Positions 1 to 9,390 of a DNA stretch of 64,000 nucleotides are shown one piece after another (positions within the stretch are counted from its first letter, which is position 1; every line of letters begins with the position of its first letter). A model generated the notes under the pieces. It was not told the DNA's origin and did not search any database. It saw only the letters and a program-made list of their open reading frames with translations. The stretch lies in NCBI GenBank assembly GCA_030615205.1, contig JAUWZS010000001.1:10019-74018 (forward strand), written 5' to 3'. The position numbers were made by a program, and so were the translations under genes. The DNA comes from Candidatus Aenigmatarchaeota archaeon (GTDB lineage Archaea > Aenigmatarchaeota > Aenigmatarchaeia > CG10238-14 > SCSR01).

Positions 1-1114
1 CTAGAATTTTCCCCTCACTCCCCCTTATACCAAATCCACCCGGAACTATTATACCACCAAATGAATCTAACTCGGATAATTTAGATTCATCTTTTTCAAA
101 AGATTCACTTCCGATGTAGTCCCTCATAGGTTTTCTGTTGTTATGCCAAGCAGCATGCCTCACAGCTTCTATGATAGAAATATAAGAATCTACGAAACTC
201 TGGGCAAAATATTTTCCAACAATAGCGATTCTTACAGGTTCTGTTGTATTGTTTGCCTTTTTAACGAATTTTCGCCACTCATTCAAATCAGACTTTGTCG
301 GCAACAGTCCAGATCTTTTCAAGATTTTTTCTCCTACTTTCTGTTCATCAAGTACTAGCGGTAACTGATAAATATTCTCCAAATGCGGATTAGATATAAC
401 GCTTTCTTTTGGTACACCGCCGAATAGTGCAATCTTTTTTATAGCATTTTTTTCCATCTGTCTGCCTGTATCATACCTACAAATTATAAAATCTGGTTGT
501 ATGCCATGCTCTCTTAGTCTCTCAACCGAATGCTGTATAGGTTTTGTTTTGAGCTCTCCAATATTCTTAGGTTCAGGAACGTATCCTAAATGTACAAACT
601 GCACATTAGCAAAACCGTGATCAATCCTTATTTGTCTTATTGCTTCTAAAAATACATCTTCTTCGATATCCCCGACAGTTCCACCAATCTCAGTTAAAAC
701 AAAGTCAGCTTTAGTCTTTTTAGCAATAGTGTATATTCTTTCCTTTATTTCATCTGTTATATGGGGAACGATTTGCACACATCTTCCGAGAAAGTCTCCT
801 CTTCGTTCTTTATCTATAACTTTCCGATAAATCTGTCCTGTTGTTATATTGTGATCTTTTTTCAGGTTGATTCCAAGAAACCTTTCATAATGGCCAAAGT
901 CTTGGTCTATCTCCCCGCCATCATCTGTAACAAATACTTCACCATGTATAAATGGATTCATTGTGCCAGCATCTGCATTTATATACGGATCTATTTTGAT
1001 TGCTGTAACACTGTAACCTTTTGATTGGAGTAGTAGACCTATAGAAGCAGTTGCCACGCCTTTACCCAAGCCAGATAACACTCCACCTGTGATAAAGATA
1101 TAATTAGTGTTCAT
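1..1114 (-). CDS. pyrG: CTP synthase, N-terminal 371 codons (3' end runs off the window start)
   Basis: Hand translation from ATG at 1112-1114: MNTNYIFITGGVLSGLGKGVATASIGLLLQSKGYSVTAIKIDPYINADAGTMNPFIHGEVFVTDDGGE... The frame is open to position 2 and ends ...FGGIIVPGGFGIRGSEGKIL (amidotransferase part). It is absent from the ORF track because no stop lies inside the window. Confidence 0.9.
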   Translation of the reverse strand, partial: MNTNYIFITGGVLSGLGKGVATASIGLLLQSKGYSVTAIKIDPYINADAGTMNPFIHGEVFVTDDGGEIDQDFGHYERFLGINLKKDHNITTGQIYRKVIDKERRGDFLGRCVQIVPHITDEIKERIYTIAKKTKADFVLTEIGGTVGDIEEDVFLEAIRQIRIDHGFANVQFVHLGYVPEPKNIGELKTKPIQHSVERLREHGIQPDFIICRYDTGRQMEKNAIKKIALFGGVPKESVISNPHLENIYQLPLVLDEQKVGEKILKRSGLLPTKSDLNEWRKFVKKANNTTEPVRIAIVGKYFAQSFVDSYISIIEAVRHAAWHNNRKPMRDYIGSESFEKDESKLSELDSFGGIIVPGGFGIRGSEGKIL

Positions 1115-1193
1115 ATTAAATTATAACGATAGAAAAAAATAAAGCTTTGTTTTAAATTTTAAAATCTATTTAAATCCATCTAAATCTGTAAAA

Positions 1194-2339
1194 TCATTTC
1201 GCAAAAGCAATCTCTACAACATCGCCATTCTTCAATTCATAATCAGCAGCTAGTTTTCGCTTTGTACGCACATCAACGCCACATATGAACTTGTCGCCCA
1301 AGTCGGAATGAACTTTGTAGGCCAGTTCTTTTACTGTCATGCCGCTCGGTACGATGAGTGCGTCCGGCAACACGCGGCCGTCTTTGTCGCTAAGTTTGTT
1401 TCGGTCAGCAACAGGATAGACGACTATATTGCCAAGCAATTCGAACACAGCTTTATCCAAGCATTGCTGTACGCCTGTGGAGCCATATTTGCCCAATATT
1501 CGCAGTTTTATGAATTCGAGTGCTTTTCTCTGTTGCTCATTTAGGTCTGCTTTTGTGGTGAAGCTGTTACCAGGAAGATAATCGATGAACTCTTTCTCAT
1601 CAGCACGCTTCAGCGCAATCTCAGCCTCGGCGCTTGTCGGGATTAGTGGAGCAGCATCCCCATATTTCTCTTTTAGCGTTTGAAAATTCTCTTGCGCTTT
1701 TGAAAGGTCGATCTTGTTTGCTGCGATTATTATTGGCTTTGATATCCTGCGCAGCTCGCGGGCAAACGTGACTATGCTTTCTTTGTTTTTTAAGTCCAGC
1801 TCCAAACCTAACTCGTCAATTTTTTTCAGAGCCCGCTCAACATCGAATTTTTTGATTTCCAAACCAGTTAGCTGCTCGGATAAAATGTTCAACAAGTCGG
1901 ATTTGCCTGCTTTTGCAATCTGCTTTTCAAACTTCTTTAACGCCCGTCCAATCACACTCGCGAACCACAAATCAATTTCCTTTTCCAAAAATTCTATATC
2001 TTTTTGCGGATCGCCCTCGCCAGGTTTACCCTCTGCATCTGTCTCGCCAGTCGCATCAACAATATGCACAAGTGCTGAAGCTTGTCGCAGATCATCCAAG
2101 AATTGATTGCCCAAGCCACGACCTTCATGCGCGCCTGGTACAAGCCCAGCAACATCCACAATCTTAACAGGCACAAAACGTTTGCCGTTCTTGCAGAATC
2201 CATGATTAGGTTTGCATGTCACTCCAAATTCTTTGCACACGCAATTAATGATAACATAGCCTACGCCCACGTTCGGCTCAATTGTTGTAAAAGGTACGCT
2301 GGATATTTTAACGTCTATCATTGTCATTGCTTTGAACAT
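1194..2339 (-). CDS. Obg/YchF-type (Ygr210-like) GTPase; the P-loop is encoded upstream in another frame (apparent frameshift, full locus 1194..2385)
   Basis: G3 motif DVAGLVPGA and G4 motif NKID are present and a TGS-like C-terminus follows. The Walker A motif is missing from this ORF but is encoded at 2340-2385 (MIVGLV/GKPNSGKSS), offset by one base. Confidence 0.8.
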   Translation of the reverse strand: MFKAMTMIDVKISSVPFTTIEPNVGVGYVIINCVCKEFGVTCKPNHGFCKNGKRFVPVKIVDVAGLVPGAHEGRGLGNQFLDDLRQASALVHIVDATGETDAEGKPGEGDPQKDIEFLEKEIDLWFASVIGRALKKFEKQIAKAGKSDLLNILSEQLTGLEIKKFDVERALKKIDELGLELDLKNKESIVTFARELRRISKPIIIAANKIDLSKAQENFQTLKEKYGDAAPLIPTSAEAEIALKRADEKEFIDYLPGNSFTTKADLNEQQRKALEFIKLRILGKYGSTGVQQCLDKAVFELLGNIVVYPVADRNKLSDKDGRVLPDALIVPSGMTVKELAYKVHSDLGDKFICGVDVRTKRKLAADYELKNGDVVEIAFAK

Positions 2340-2454
2340 ACTTGATTTTCCACTATTAGGCTTGCCGAACTAGACCAACTATCATTTCAATCACTTAAAA
2401 AATCTTAGCAATTGAAATATATAGTATTATCTAATTGATAAAAAGTGAAAAGAC

Positions 2455-4272
2455 ATGGCGAAAAAGAAAGAGAAAGCAGATAGAATAGCAGTGATTGACC
2501 GTGAGCTGTGCAAACCGAAAAAATGCCAGTTAATTTGTCAGCGAAGCTGTCCGATTGTACGGTCGGGCGAAGATTGCATAGTTTACGAAACCGGCGCTGA
2601 TGGGAAAAAGAAGGTCAAAATCGACGAGTTTTTATGCATAGGTTGCGGTATCTGCGTCAAGCGCTGTCCGTACGCCGCGCTTTCTGTTGTAAATCTTCCG
2701 AAGCAGCTTACTGAATCACCTGTTCACCGTTTTGGTCCGAATGCTTTTGCATTGTATCGTTTGCCGTTCCCAAGTAAAAAGAAAGTCGTAGGTATAGTTG
2801 GGCCGAATGGAGTCGGAAAGACCACAGCACTTCGCATACTTTCAGGCGAGCTAAAGCCGAATCTTGGAAATTTTGAAAGCGGAACAGAAGTCGAAGCAGA
2901 TTTTTCAGAAGTAATAAAAATTTTTCGCGGCACAGAGCTGCAGGCATATTTGGAAAATTTGGCAGGTAAGGAATTACGCACATCTGTAAAACCGCAGCGT
3001 GTTGATCAAATACCAAAAGTTTTCAAAGGCAACATCTCCAAGCTTCTTGACACAGCAGACGAGCGGAAAATCGTAAACGACATGATAAAAGAATTTGGAC
3101 TGGAAGGTTTTCTAAACAGGGAAATCTCAAAACTATCTGGCGGCGAACTGCAGCGAGTGGCGATAATAGCATGCATAGCACGTGACGCAGATATTTATTA
3201 TTTTGACGAACCGATGAGTTTTCTTGATGTGTTTCAACGGCTCAAAATTGCAAAACTTATACGTAAATACTGTGAAGGCAGATCGGTTATGATTGTTGAT
3301 CACGATCTTGCGGCTTTGGATTTTCTTGCAGACCGTGTGCATATTTTTTATGGCGTGCCTAGTGTGTATGGGATTGTGTCAAAGCCTTACGGAATACGCG
3401 TTGGTATCAATACGTTCTTGGACGGTTACATAAAAGAGGATAATGTTAGATTCCGCGATGAAGCGATAAGTTTCCTAGACACTGCGATTATTGGAAGGTC
3501 TGTTTCTCCAAAGATTTTGGTTTCTTTCAGCAACATAAAGAAAAAATTCCGTGGCAAGGGCGCGTTCAAACTTGATGTGCACACTGGCGAAGTGCATGAA
3601 AAAGAAGTACTTGCAGTGCTCGGCGCGAACGCAATCGGAAAAACAACATTTGCAAAAATACTCGCAGGCGAACTCAAAGCAGACAGCGGTGATATAAGCA
3701 AAAGCGTGTCAATATCATACAAACCCCAATACATTAAAACTGAATTCGATGGAAAGGTGCACAAGCTGCTCGGCACAGTTGCAAAACTCACAGATTCGTA
3801 TAAAGCCGAGATAGTGCGACCGTTGAATTTGGAAAAGCTTCTCGAAAGACCAATCGCCGAGCTATCTGGCGGCGAACTGCAACGCATAGCAATCGCTCTC
3901 TGTCTTTCAAGAGATGCAGAGCTTTATTTATTAGACGAACCCTCGGCATTTTTGGATGTCGAGCAGCGTCTAGCACTCGCAAAACTGATAAACAAAATAG
4001 TAGAAGTTCGCGAGAAAAGCGCACTTGTTGTTGATCATGACCTGCTCTTCCTAAGCCAAGTAGGACATCGCGGTATGGTTTTCCTAGGCAAGCCTGGCAT
4101 TCACGGAGAGGTTGAAAAGATTGATGAACTGAAAGACGCGCTTAACAAATTCCTTGCATATGTCGGAGTTACTTTTCGTAAAGATCCTCAGACAGGCAGA
4201 CCTCGTGCAAACAAACCAAATTCACAGTTAGATAGAGAGCAAAAAGAAGCAGGAGACTACTTTTACATTTAA
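2455..4272 (+). CDS. abce1: ABCE1 / RNase L inhibitor-type ribosome recycling ATPase
   Basis: N-terminal double 4Fe-4S region (CQLICQRSCP, CIGCGICVKRCP). Two ABC cassettes are present (GPNGVGKTT, GANAIGKTT, two LSGGELQR signatures). Confidence 0.95.
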   Translation: MAKKKEKADRIAVIDRELCKPKKCQLICQRSCPIVRSGEDCIVYETGADGKKKVKIDEFLCIGCGICVKRCPYAALSVVNLPKQLTESPVHRFGPNAFALYRLPFPSKKKVVGIVGPNGVGKTTALRILSGELKPNLGNFESGTEVEADFSEVIKIFRGTELQAYLENLAGKELRTSVKPQRVDQIPKVFKGNISKLLDTADERKIVNDMIKEFGLEGFLNREISKLSGGELQRVAIIACIARDADIYYFDEPMSFLDVFQRLKIAKLIRKYCEGRSVMIVDHDLAALDFLADRVHIFYGVPSVYGIVSKPYGIRVGINTFLDGYIKEDNVRFRDEAISFLDTAIIGRSVSPKILVSFSNIKKKFRGKGAFKLDVHTGEVHEKEVLAVLGANAIGKTTFAKILAGELKADSGDISKSVSISYKPQYIKTEFDGKVHKLLGTVAKLTDSYKAEIVRPLNLEKLLERPIAELSGGELQRIAIALCLSRDAELYLLDEPSAFLDVEQRLALAKLINKIVEVREKSALVVDHDLLFLSQVGHRGMVFLGKPGIHGEVEKIDELKDALNKFLAYVGVTFRKDPQTGRPRANKPNSQLDREQKEAGDYFYI

Positions 4273-4281
4273 TAATTCCAC

Positions 4282-4611
4282 TTACTTGCAAAAACTTCTT
4301 ATCTCTGATACAAGCCGTTGGATGTTCTGTAGCTGCGAGGTTATTGATTCATATTGCATGCGCAAGTTTTCCATTTGCGATAGTACAAGATCTACTTCGG
4401 CTTTTATGCTGCCAGACGTGGTCGATAGTGGCACAGCAGGTGCTCTAGGAAGAGGTGGCAGTGCTGCTGGTGATGGCGCTGTTGGTGTTGGCATTGGCGT
4501 CGGTACTGGTTCTGTATATCTTGGTGGTGGAGCATACGGAGAAGTGCTGGGAAAACTCGGCTCGTCCAGCTTACTCTTCTTTTTTCTTCTAAGCTTATCG
4601 AATATACCCAT
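4282..4611 (-). CDS. hypothetical protein with a proline-rich centre and a C-terminal coiled coil
   Basis: 109-aa ORF. The sequence runs MGIFDKLRRKKK..., then a PxP-rich tract, then a heptad-like tail. An equally long mirror ORF exists on the + strand, so the strand choice is uncertain. Confidence 0.4.
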   Translation of the reverse strand: MGIFDKLRRKKKSKLDEPSFPSTSPYAPPPRYTEPVPTPMPTPTAPSPAALPPLPRAPAVPLSTTSGSIKAEVDLVLSQMENLRMQYESITSQLQNIQRLVSEIRSFCK

Positions 4612-4700
4612 AAAATAAATTGGTGTTCACGGTAAATTAAAGTTATTATTTTCAAAAGTTAACCAAATAAGTTATTATTCATCAAAAGTAAATCCTCATT

Positions 4701-5276
4701 ATGCCTAGCAAACAAAAAAAGACTAAGACTGTTATAGTTGTTTCTGGTCCTCCAGGCTCAGGAAGTACAACTGTTGCAAAAGCGCTGGCCAAAAGACTGC
4801 GTTTGAGATATTTTGTTCCGGGAAAGTTACATAAGAAATTAAGCAAGTCTAAAAAAGAAAGCGAAGCTGCTTTGGAAACGTGGCGTACGAAAAAAGGCAG
4901 GAGTAAAAAAACCCATAAAGAGCGAGACAAGCTGCAAATTAAAGAAGCGAAAAAGGGACGCATTGTCATTTGTGGCAAACTGTCTATTCATTTTCTGAGG
5001 GAGCTGAGCGATTATAAAATTTGGTTGGATGTCCCTTTGAAAGTGCGTGGGAGAAGAACTGCAAAGCGTGACGGCATAAGCGTAAAAAAAGCTATGGAAG
5101 AGATACGAGAACGACAGCGAATTGAACGTAGGGGGTGGAAAAGGATTTATGGTTTCGATTATTTTTATCAAAAGAAAATTGCTGATCTAGTTATCGATTC
5201 ATCTGAGCTGACATTGAAGCAAACAGTGAATAAAATATTAAAATTCATTAAATCTAAAAAATCAAGTAAGAATTAG
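4701..5276 (+). CDS. cmk: archaeal-type cytidylate (CMP) kinase with a lysine-rich insertion
   Basis: P-loop GPPGSGSTTVAKALAKRL. The block KIWLDVPLKVRGRRTAKRDGISVKKAMEEIRERQ matches the archaeal Cmk pattern as I recall it. Confidence 0.7.
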   Translation: MPSKQKKTKTVIVVSGPPGSGSTTVAKALAKRLRLRYFVPGKLHKKLSKSKKESEAALETWRTKKGRSKKTHKERDKLQIKEAKKGRIVICGKLSIHFLRELSDYKIWLDVPLKVRGRRTAKRDGISVKKAMEEIRERQRIERRGWKRIYGFDYFYQKKIADLVIDSSELTLKQTVNKILKFIKSKKSSKN

Positions 5277-6059
5277 AGTTCCTATACTCTCATCTCCGAG
5301 CATAACAGACTTTAAGTTATCAGGGATAAGACCACTTATTATCTGTGAGTTGGCTTTGACTTCTAGAAGTTTTTCAACTTTTTCTCTCATCGCGCCTGTA
5401 ACGTCTGTGGTTCTGCCGTCAGCAAATTCAACATTTTCAGTCACATGGAATCTTTTAATAAGCTTGGCATTTTTATGTTCATGCGGATCCTTATCATACA
5501 CACCCTCAACATTTGTCGCCATTATTATTTTATCTGCTTCCCATATATTCGCTATATCCCTTACTAATTCGTCACCCGAAACAACTCTATACCCCTGTTC
5601 GTTATTATCAGGTGCTATATCACCGTAAGTAGAAAATATCTTATCCCGTCCAATAATTTTTTTACCCATATCCCATAATTTATACACGCTGTATGTTTCA
5701 TCGATGCCTCGTGAATCAAATGGAGCGAAAGGTTCCATTTCTAATCCATACTCTCCCACGATTTTTATTAACTTATCATTCAAGTATTTCACAGAATCGT
5801 GAACTAACGTCTTATAACCCAGCTTATCCCAATTTTTGACAAGATTATGACCGAAAGGACCGACACCGTTTATAAGAACAAGTTCTATTTTCTTTTCCCT
5901 CAATACCTCGTATATTTCTTTTGCCAACCTCTTAACGTTTTCAATTCTTATATACTCGTCAGCGCGTCGCTTTATTTCTTCGATGCTCAAAGGAAAAACT
6001 TTCGCATCTTTTCTCGTTAGTATTGAACCGCCGAGCTTCAAAACTATTTTCTCTCCCAT
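5262..6059 (-). CDS. isopentenyl phosphate kinase (amino-acid kinase fold)
   Basis: Motifs LKLGGSILT and INGVGPFGH, plus a VTGAM-type C-terminal motif. Length is 265 aa. Confidence 0.75.
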   Translation of the reverse strand: MGEKIVLKLGGSILTRKDAKVFPLSIEEIKRRADEYIRIENVKRLAKEIYEVLREKKIELVLINGVGPFGHNLVKNWDKLGYKTLVHDSVKYLNDKLIKIVGEYGLEMEPFAPFDSRGIDETYSVYKLWDMGKKIIGRDKIFSTYGDIAPDNNEQGYRVVSGDELVRDIANIWEADKIIMATNVEGVYDKDPHEHKNAKLIKRFHVTENVEFADGRTTDVTGAMREKVEKLLEVKANSQIISGLIPDNLKSVMLGDESIGTLILT

Positions 6060-6110
6060 AACTTATCAAACGTAAATTTGTAAGAGAACAATAAAAAGAT
6101 GCTTTTTATG

Positions 6111-6665
6111 TTACGGTACTCTGCTGGCTGCACCAGTGAGCTCAGGCATTTCATACGGAATCCCTAGCTCGTCTCTTATAGCATTTGCTAGTTTGAATGT
6201 ACGTTCTTTCAATATCTGTATGTACCTTCTGCGCACATTGTTGTACATAAGTTTGTGATATAACCATATGAAAGGCATCGCTATGACTTTTTCGAATATG
6301 TTGCCGAATTTGTACTCTGTTGTGATTTCAGGCCTTATTTCCATGTAAAGCATGCCATTCGTACCATTCGGGTCAGATGGCTGTTTGCCAAATGTTCTGA
6401 TTTTCACTTCAAACGTTGTAAACCTGTCAAATTTGGCATCACCGAAACGAGATATGAAAAAGAAGTCCCTAGGCTCACATGTTACATCCCATCTGAAGTC
6501 ATCTTCAAAAACGTTCTTACCACGACCATGGAAGATAATCTGTAAGGTCTTAGGCATCATACCATAGATTCTAAACGGATTCGGACCTCTATAATCTATT
6601 GTTATTTTATCTTCCGGCGCAAGTACAAAATCAAAAATTTTATATGAACTCGGCATTCTAACCAA
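6111..6665 (-). CDS. hypothetical protein, paralog of 6750..7283
   Basis: 184 aa. It shares collinear motifs with the neighbour: ID(Y/F)..GPNP, F.WD, D(R/K)F, TEY and Y..V....RRY. Confidence 0.7.
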   Translation of the reverse strand: MVRMPSSYKIFDFVLAPEDKITIDYRGPNPFRIYGMMPKTLQIIFHGRGKNVFEDDFRWDVTCEPRDFFFISRFGDAKFDRFTTFEVKIRTFGKQPSDPNGTNGMLYMEIRPEITTEYKFGNIFEKVIAMPFIWLYHKLMYNNVRRRYIQILKERTFKLANAIRDELGIPYEMPELTGAASRVP

Positions 6666-6749
6666 TTAATAATTATATTTTTCCTAATTAATTCTTTTTA
6701 ACATAATTCTTTTTAACACTATCTCTAAAAGACTCGTCTAAAAGAAATT

Positions 6750-7283
6750 TTAATATCTAGCTTTTGTCAAAAGATTGAAAAATTCTTTCAATTCGTTCTG
6801 TATCTGTAAAATCGCATCTCTGCATTCAAGTATCCATCTGTACCTTCGCTCCTTGTAGAAAACGCGGTGGTAGAATGTTCGGAACATTTCGTAGAAGAAA
6901 CTGCGCTCCCATAGTGTATCCTGTGGGTATTCGGTCCTTACTATGCCTGTTATGGTGAAACTGACAGTGCCTTCTTTGCCGAATTCTTTACTGGGCTTTA
7001 AATCGCCTTTCATGGATATTTCGAAATACATGTAGCTGAATTTATCCAGATCCTTTACGACTTCGAAGGACGCACCAAACTTTTCTTCTGGTTTGGAGCG
7101 GTCCCAGTTGAACCCCTTTTCCTGGATGTTCTCTCGCGGTATGTTCAAGCTCCTTGTAAGAATATCTATAAGCTTAGGATAAGCTTTGTCAGGATTCGGT
7201 CCAGAATAACTGAAATCTATTTTAGGCCTATAAGTCAGGCAACGGTCTTCAAGCAGGAGTTTGGCTCTTGCAAATATTGGCAT
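6750..7283 (-). CDS. hypothetical protein, paralog of 6111..6665
   Basis: 177 aa with the same collinear motif set as 6111..6665. Confidence 0.7.
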   Translation of the reverse strand: MPIFARAKLLLEDRCLTYRPKIDFSYSGPNPDKAYPKLIDILTRSLNIPRENIQEKGFNWDRSKPEEKFGASFEVVKDLDKFSYMYFEISMKGDLKPSKEFGKEGTVSFTITGIVRTEYPQDTLWERSFFYEMFRTFYHRVFYKERRYRWILECRDAILQIQNELKEFFNLLTKARY

Positions 7284-7372
7284 TTAATCATCTTTCAAGC
7301 TTAACCACTCAAACAACAAACCACTCTATTACAATTTTATTAAAACAGCTATTAAAATATAATATAGATACT

Positions 7373-7534
7373 ATGCTGATGAAAATTTTCGGTGCACTTT
7401 CACTGCTTGTAGGTTTTTTTCTTTTGATTGGCGGTCCAGGCGACAGTAGTATACAAATAATAGCTTATGGGAACACAGCGCGTTTGCTTGGGTTAATATT
7501 GATATTAGTCGGCATAGTGCTGGTAACATTTTGA
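7373..7534 (+). CDS. small two-TM membrane protein
   Basis: MLMKIFGALSLLVGFFLLIGGPGD...LLGLILILVGIVLVTF. The ATG at 7373 is preferred to the track start at 7268, and an AT-rich TATA-like stretch lies just upstream. Confidence 0.45.
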   Translation: MLMKIFGALSLLVGFFLLIGGPGDSSIQIIAYGNTARLLGLILILVGIVLVTF

Positions 7535-7583
7535 TGGGTAAAATTCGAGGTAAAGTTTCAATTAAGGTGATTAAGGCGATCTT

Positions 7584-9344
7584 ATGGGAAGCGCAATAGC
7601 TACTCTGCTTAAAACACCAGAAGTCAAAGCAGGACATACACCAGATTGGAAAATACAGCCAAATGCTTATACAATAGAAGGAGAGCTTTATCATACATCG
7701 CCACTTAGTGTTAGCACAAACAGCATTGACTTTACATCATTCCCAGGCAAATGTAGTGGGCTTCTTTTCAGTCTTATGTTTTGGCTTAGTAAAGCAGGGC
7801 ACAAAGTTTTAAAAATCGAAGATAAAATGGAGATATCACCGATACATCAACAGTTCTACCAAATAACAATACAACAAAAGCAGACACTCGAAAGGCAGAT
7901 AAAAGAAGGGTTAGCAGGTGTATCAACTTCAATAACAGATTTCGAATTGCTTTTCCACGACTTACGGAAATACAAAGAGTTTATGGATTATTTCATAGGA
8001 AGGGAACATGCGCTGAAAACAAAGGACAACAAGCTGTTGATGAAGACCGAGCAGAGCTTGAAAGCGATATTCATAGACCAGGTGGATGTGCACACAGGTG
8101 AAGGTATTTCGCTGAAGCATATCGCTCCGCGTTGGCCGACAATTATTGCAGACTTTATGCAGATGAAAGACAAGGACACAGATCCGAAGAAGATTGCAAA
8201 AGACTACAAAGTTTCAGAAGCAGAGGGCGTTGTGCTTTCGACCAAAAACAAGCTGTATATCGAATGGAGAGGAACATTTGAAAAAACTGTGAAAGAGCGT
8301 TACCAGCGATTGCTAGGAATGGTACAGTCACGCAAGTTTTCAATCGACGAATACAAAACCATGCTAAAACCATACATAGAGAGGTACAGGTCTATAAAAG
8401 AAATGGGCAGAGAAGAAAGTGGTCGGAAATATCTTAGGGCTATCTCTTGGTTCCGACCAGGTGCGCAGGCAGTATCTTATGATTGGACAACTCTTTGGGC
8501 ATTTAAACCCATGTCACGGCCAGAACTTAGTAGGGTGTCCTACGAAAGAATGGAAGGCGATGAAAGTATATTGAAAATACGTTTCTGCCCGAGTTTTAAG
8601 AACGTAATTAAGAAAAACATAAAATTTCTGAGAGCCAACGAGTTGGGAAAGCTACCCCTATCGCCAACAGGAATAGAGCCTTTGGACAAATGGGTATGGG
8701 CCCTTTACAAGTACATAGAAGATTATTACAACGTCAGGTTCAGCCTGAAAGAATTTCTAGAAATCAGAAACGAGTTTGTAAAAGATAGTAAGTGGGGTGG
8801 CCAGAGCGAACCACATTTCAAATGCTTCGAAACAGACATAATGCGCATAATCTTACGGTTGCCGGATGGCACAGAATTGGAAGATATGACTTTCGCACCG
8901 ATTTTTTTCTTCTTGGATACCCAGAACATGATGCTATTGCGGTTTTTAGAAGTGAAAGCGCAGGAAAAAGCTTTGGAAAATTACATAAACGAAATGCTTG
9001 GCGATACAACAAAAGGCATAAGACTAGAAAAGCTTTCCGAAGAATATGAAAAGCTGTTCCACGTCTACCCTGAAGAAAAATCAGAAAAGGAAAAGGTGGC
9101 TGAAATATCAGCTGCAGAAGATTTGCGAGCAGCCAGGGAAAGAGCGCAAAAGCAAGTAATGAAAGAAGCAACAGAAATGAAAAGACCTTTCAAGTTTTTC
9201 AAAGGTGGGCCATATGAACCAAGATTCGATGATATGGTGACTGGACCGTATTTCGATGATATAGGTGCCAGTATGCAGAAAGTATGGACTTTTTTGAAAG
9301 CGAAGTTCGATGTGCCCGGATTCAAGATATTTGGTGCAAAATAA
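7584..9344 (+). CDS. large hypothetical protein (586 aa), no motif recognised
   Basis: Long uninterrupted ORF with AGGTGA 15 nt upstream of the ATG. The start is uncertain because an internal Met at MEISPIHQQ is possible. It has a helical/charged composition and an acidic-basic C-terminal tail. Confidence 0.7.
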   Translation: MGSAIATLLKTPEVKAGHTPDWKIQPNAYTIEGELYHTSPLSVSTNSIDFTSFPGKCSGLLFSLMFWLSKAGHKVLKIEDKMEISPIHQQFYQITIQQKQTLERQIKEGLAGVSTSITDFELLFHDLRKYKEFMDYFIGREHALKTKDNKLLMKTEQSLKAIFIDQVDVHTGEGISLKHIAPRWPTIIADFMQMKDKDTDPKKIAKDYKVSEAEGVVLSTKNKLYIEWRGTFEKTVKERYQRLLGMVQSRKFSIDEYKTMLKPYIERYRSIKEMGREESGRKYLRAISWFRPGAQAVSYDWTTLWAFKPMSRPELSRVSYERMEGDESILKIRFCPSFKNVIKKNIKFLRANELGKLPLSPTGIEPLDKWVWALYKYIEDYYNVRFSLKEFLEIRNEFVKDSKWGGQSEPHFKCFETDIMRIILRLPDGTELEDMTFAPIFFFLDTQNMMLLRFLEVKAQEKALENYINEMLGDTTKGIRLEKLSEEYEKLFHVYPEEKSEKEKVAEISAAEDLRAARERAQKQVMKEATEMKRPFKFFKGGPYEPRFDDMVTGPYFDDIGASMQKVWTFLKAKFDVPGFKIFGAK

Positions 9345-9390
9345 TTTGTAGAACTATGCCTACAACGCTTACGATGTATTAAATTTTCGA

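Noticed and set aside
143-1024. Plus-strand ORFs 143..358 and 761..1024
   Set aside because: They are antisense to the clearly coding pyrG frame.
3426-3887. 153-aa ORF antisense to ABCE1, and similar antisense ORFs in the track (for example 12113..12559, 12920..13327, 33986..34372)
   Set aside because: Each lies inside a confidently identified gene on the opposite strand and has low-complexity composition.
4286-4618. 110-aa plus-strand ORF mirroring 4282..4611
   Set aside because: Only one of the two can be real. The minus-strand product has a plausible basic N-terminus and coiled-coil C-terminus and shares a divergent spacer with cmk, while the plus-strand product is G/A/S-rich low complexity. 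The choice remains uncertain.
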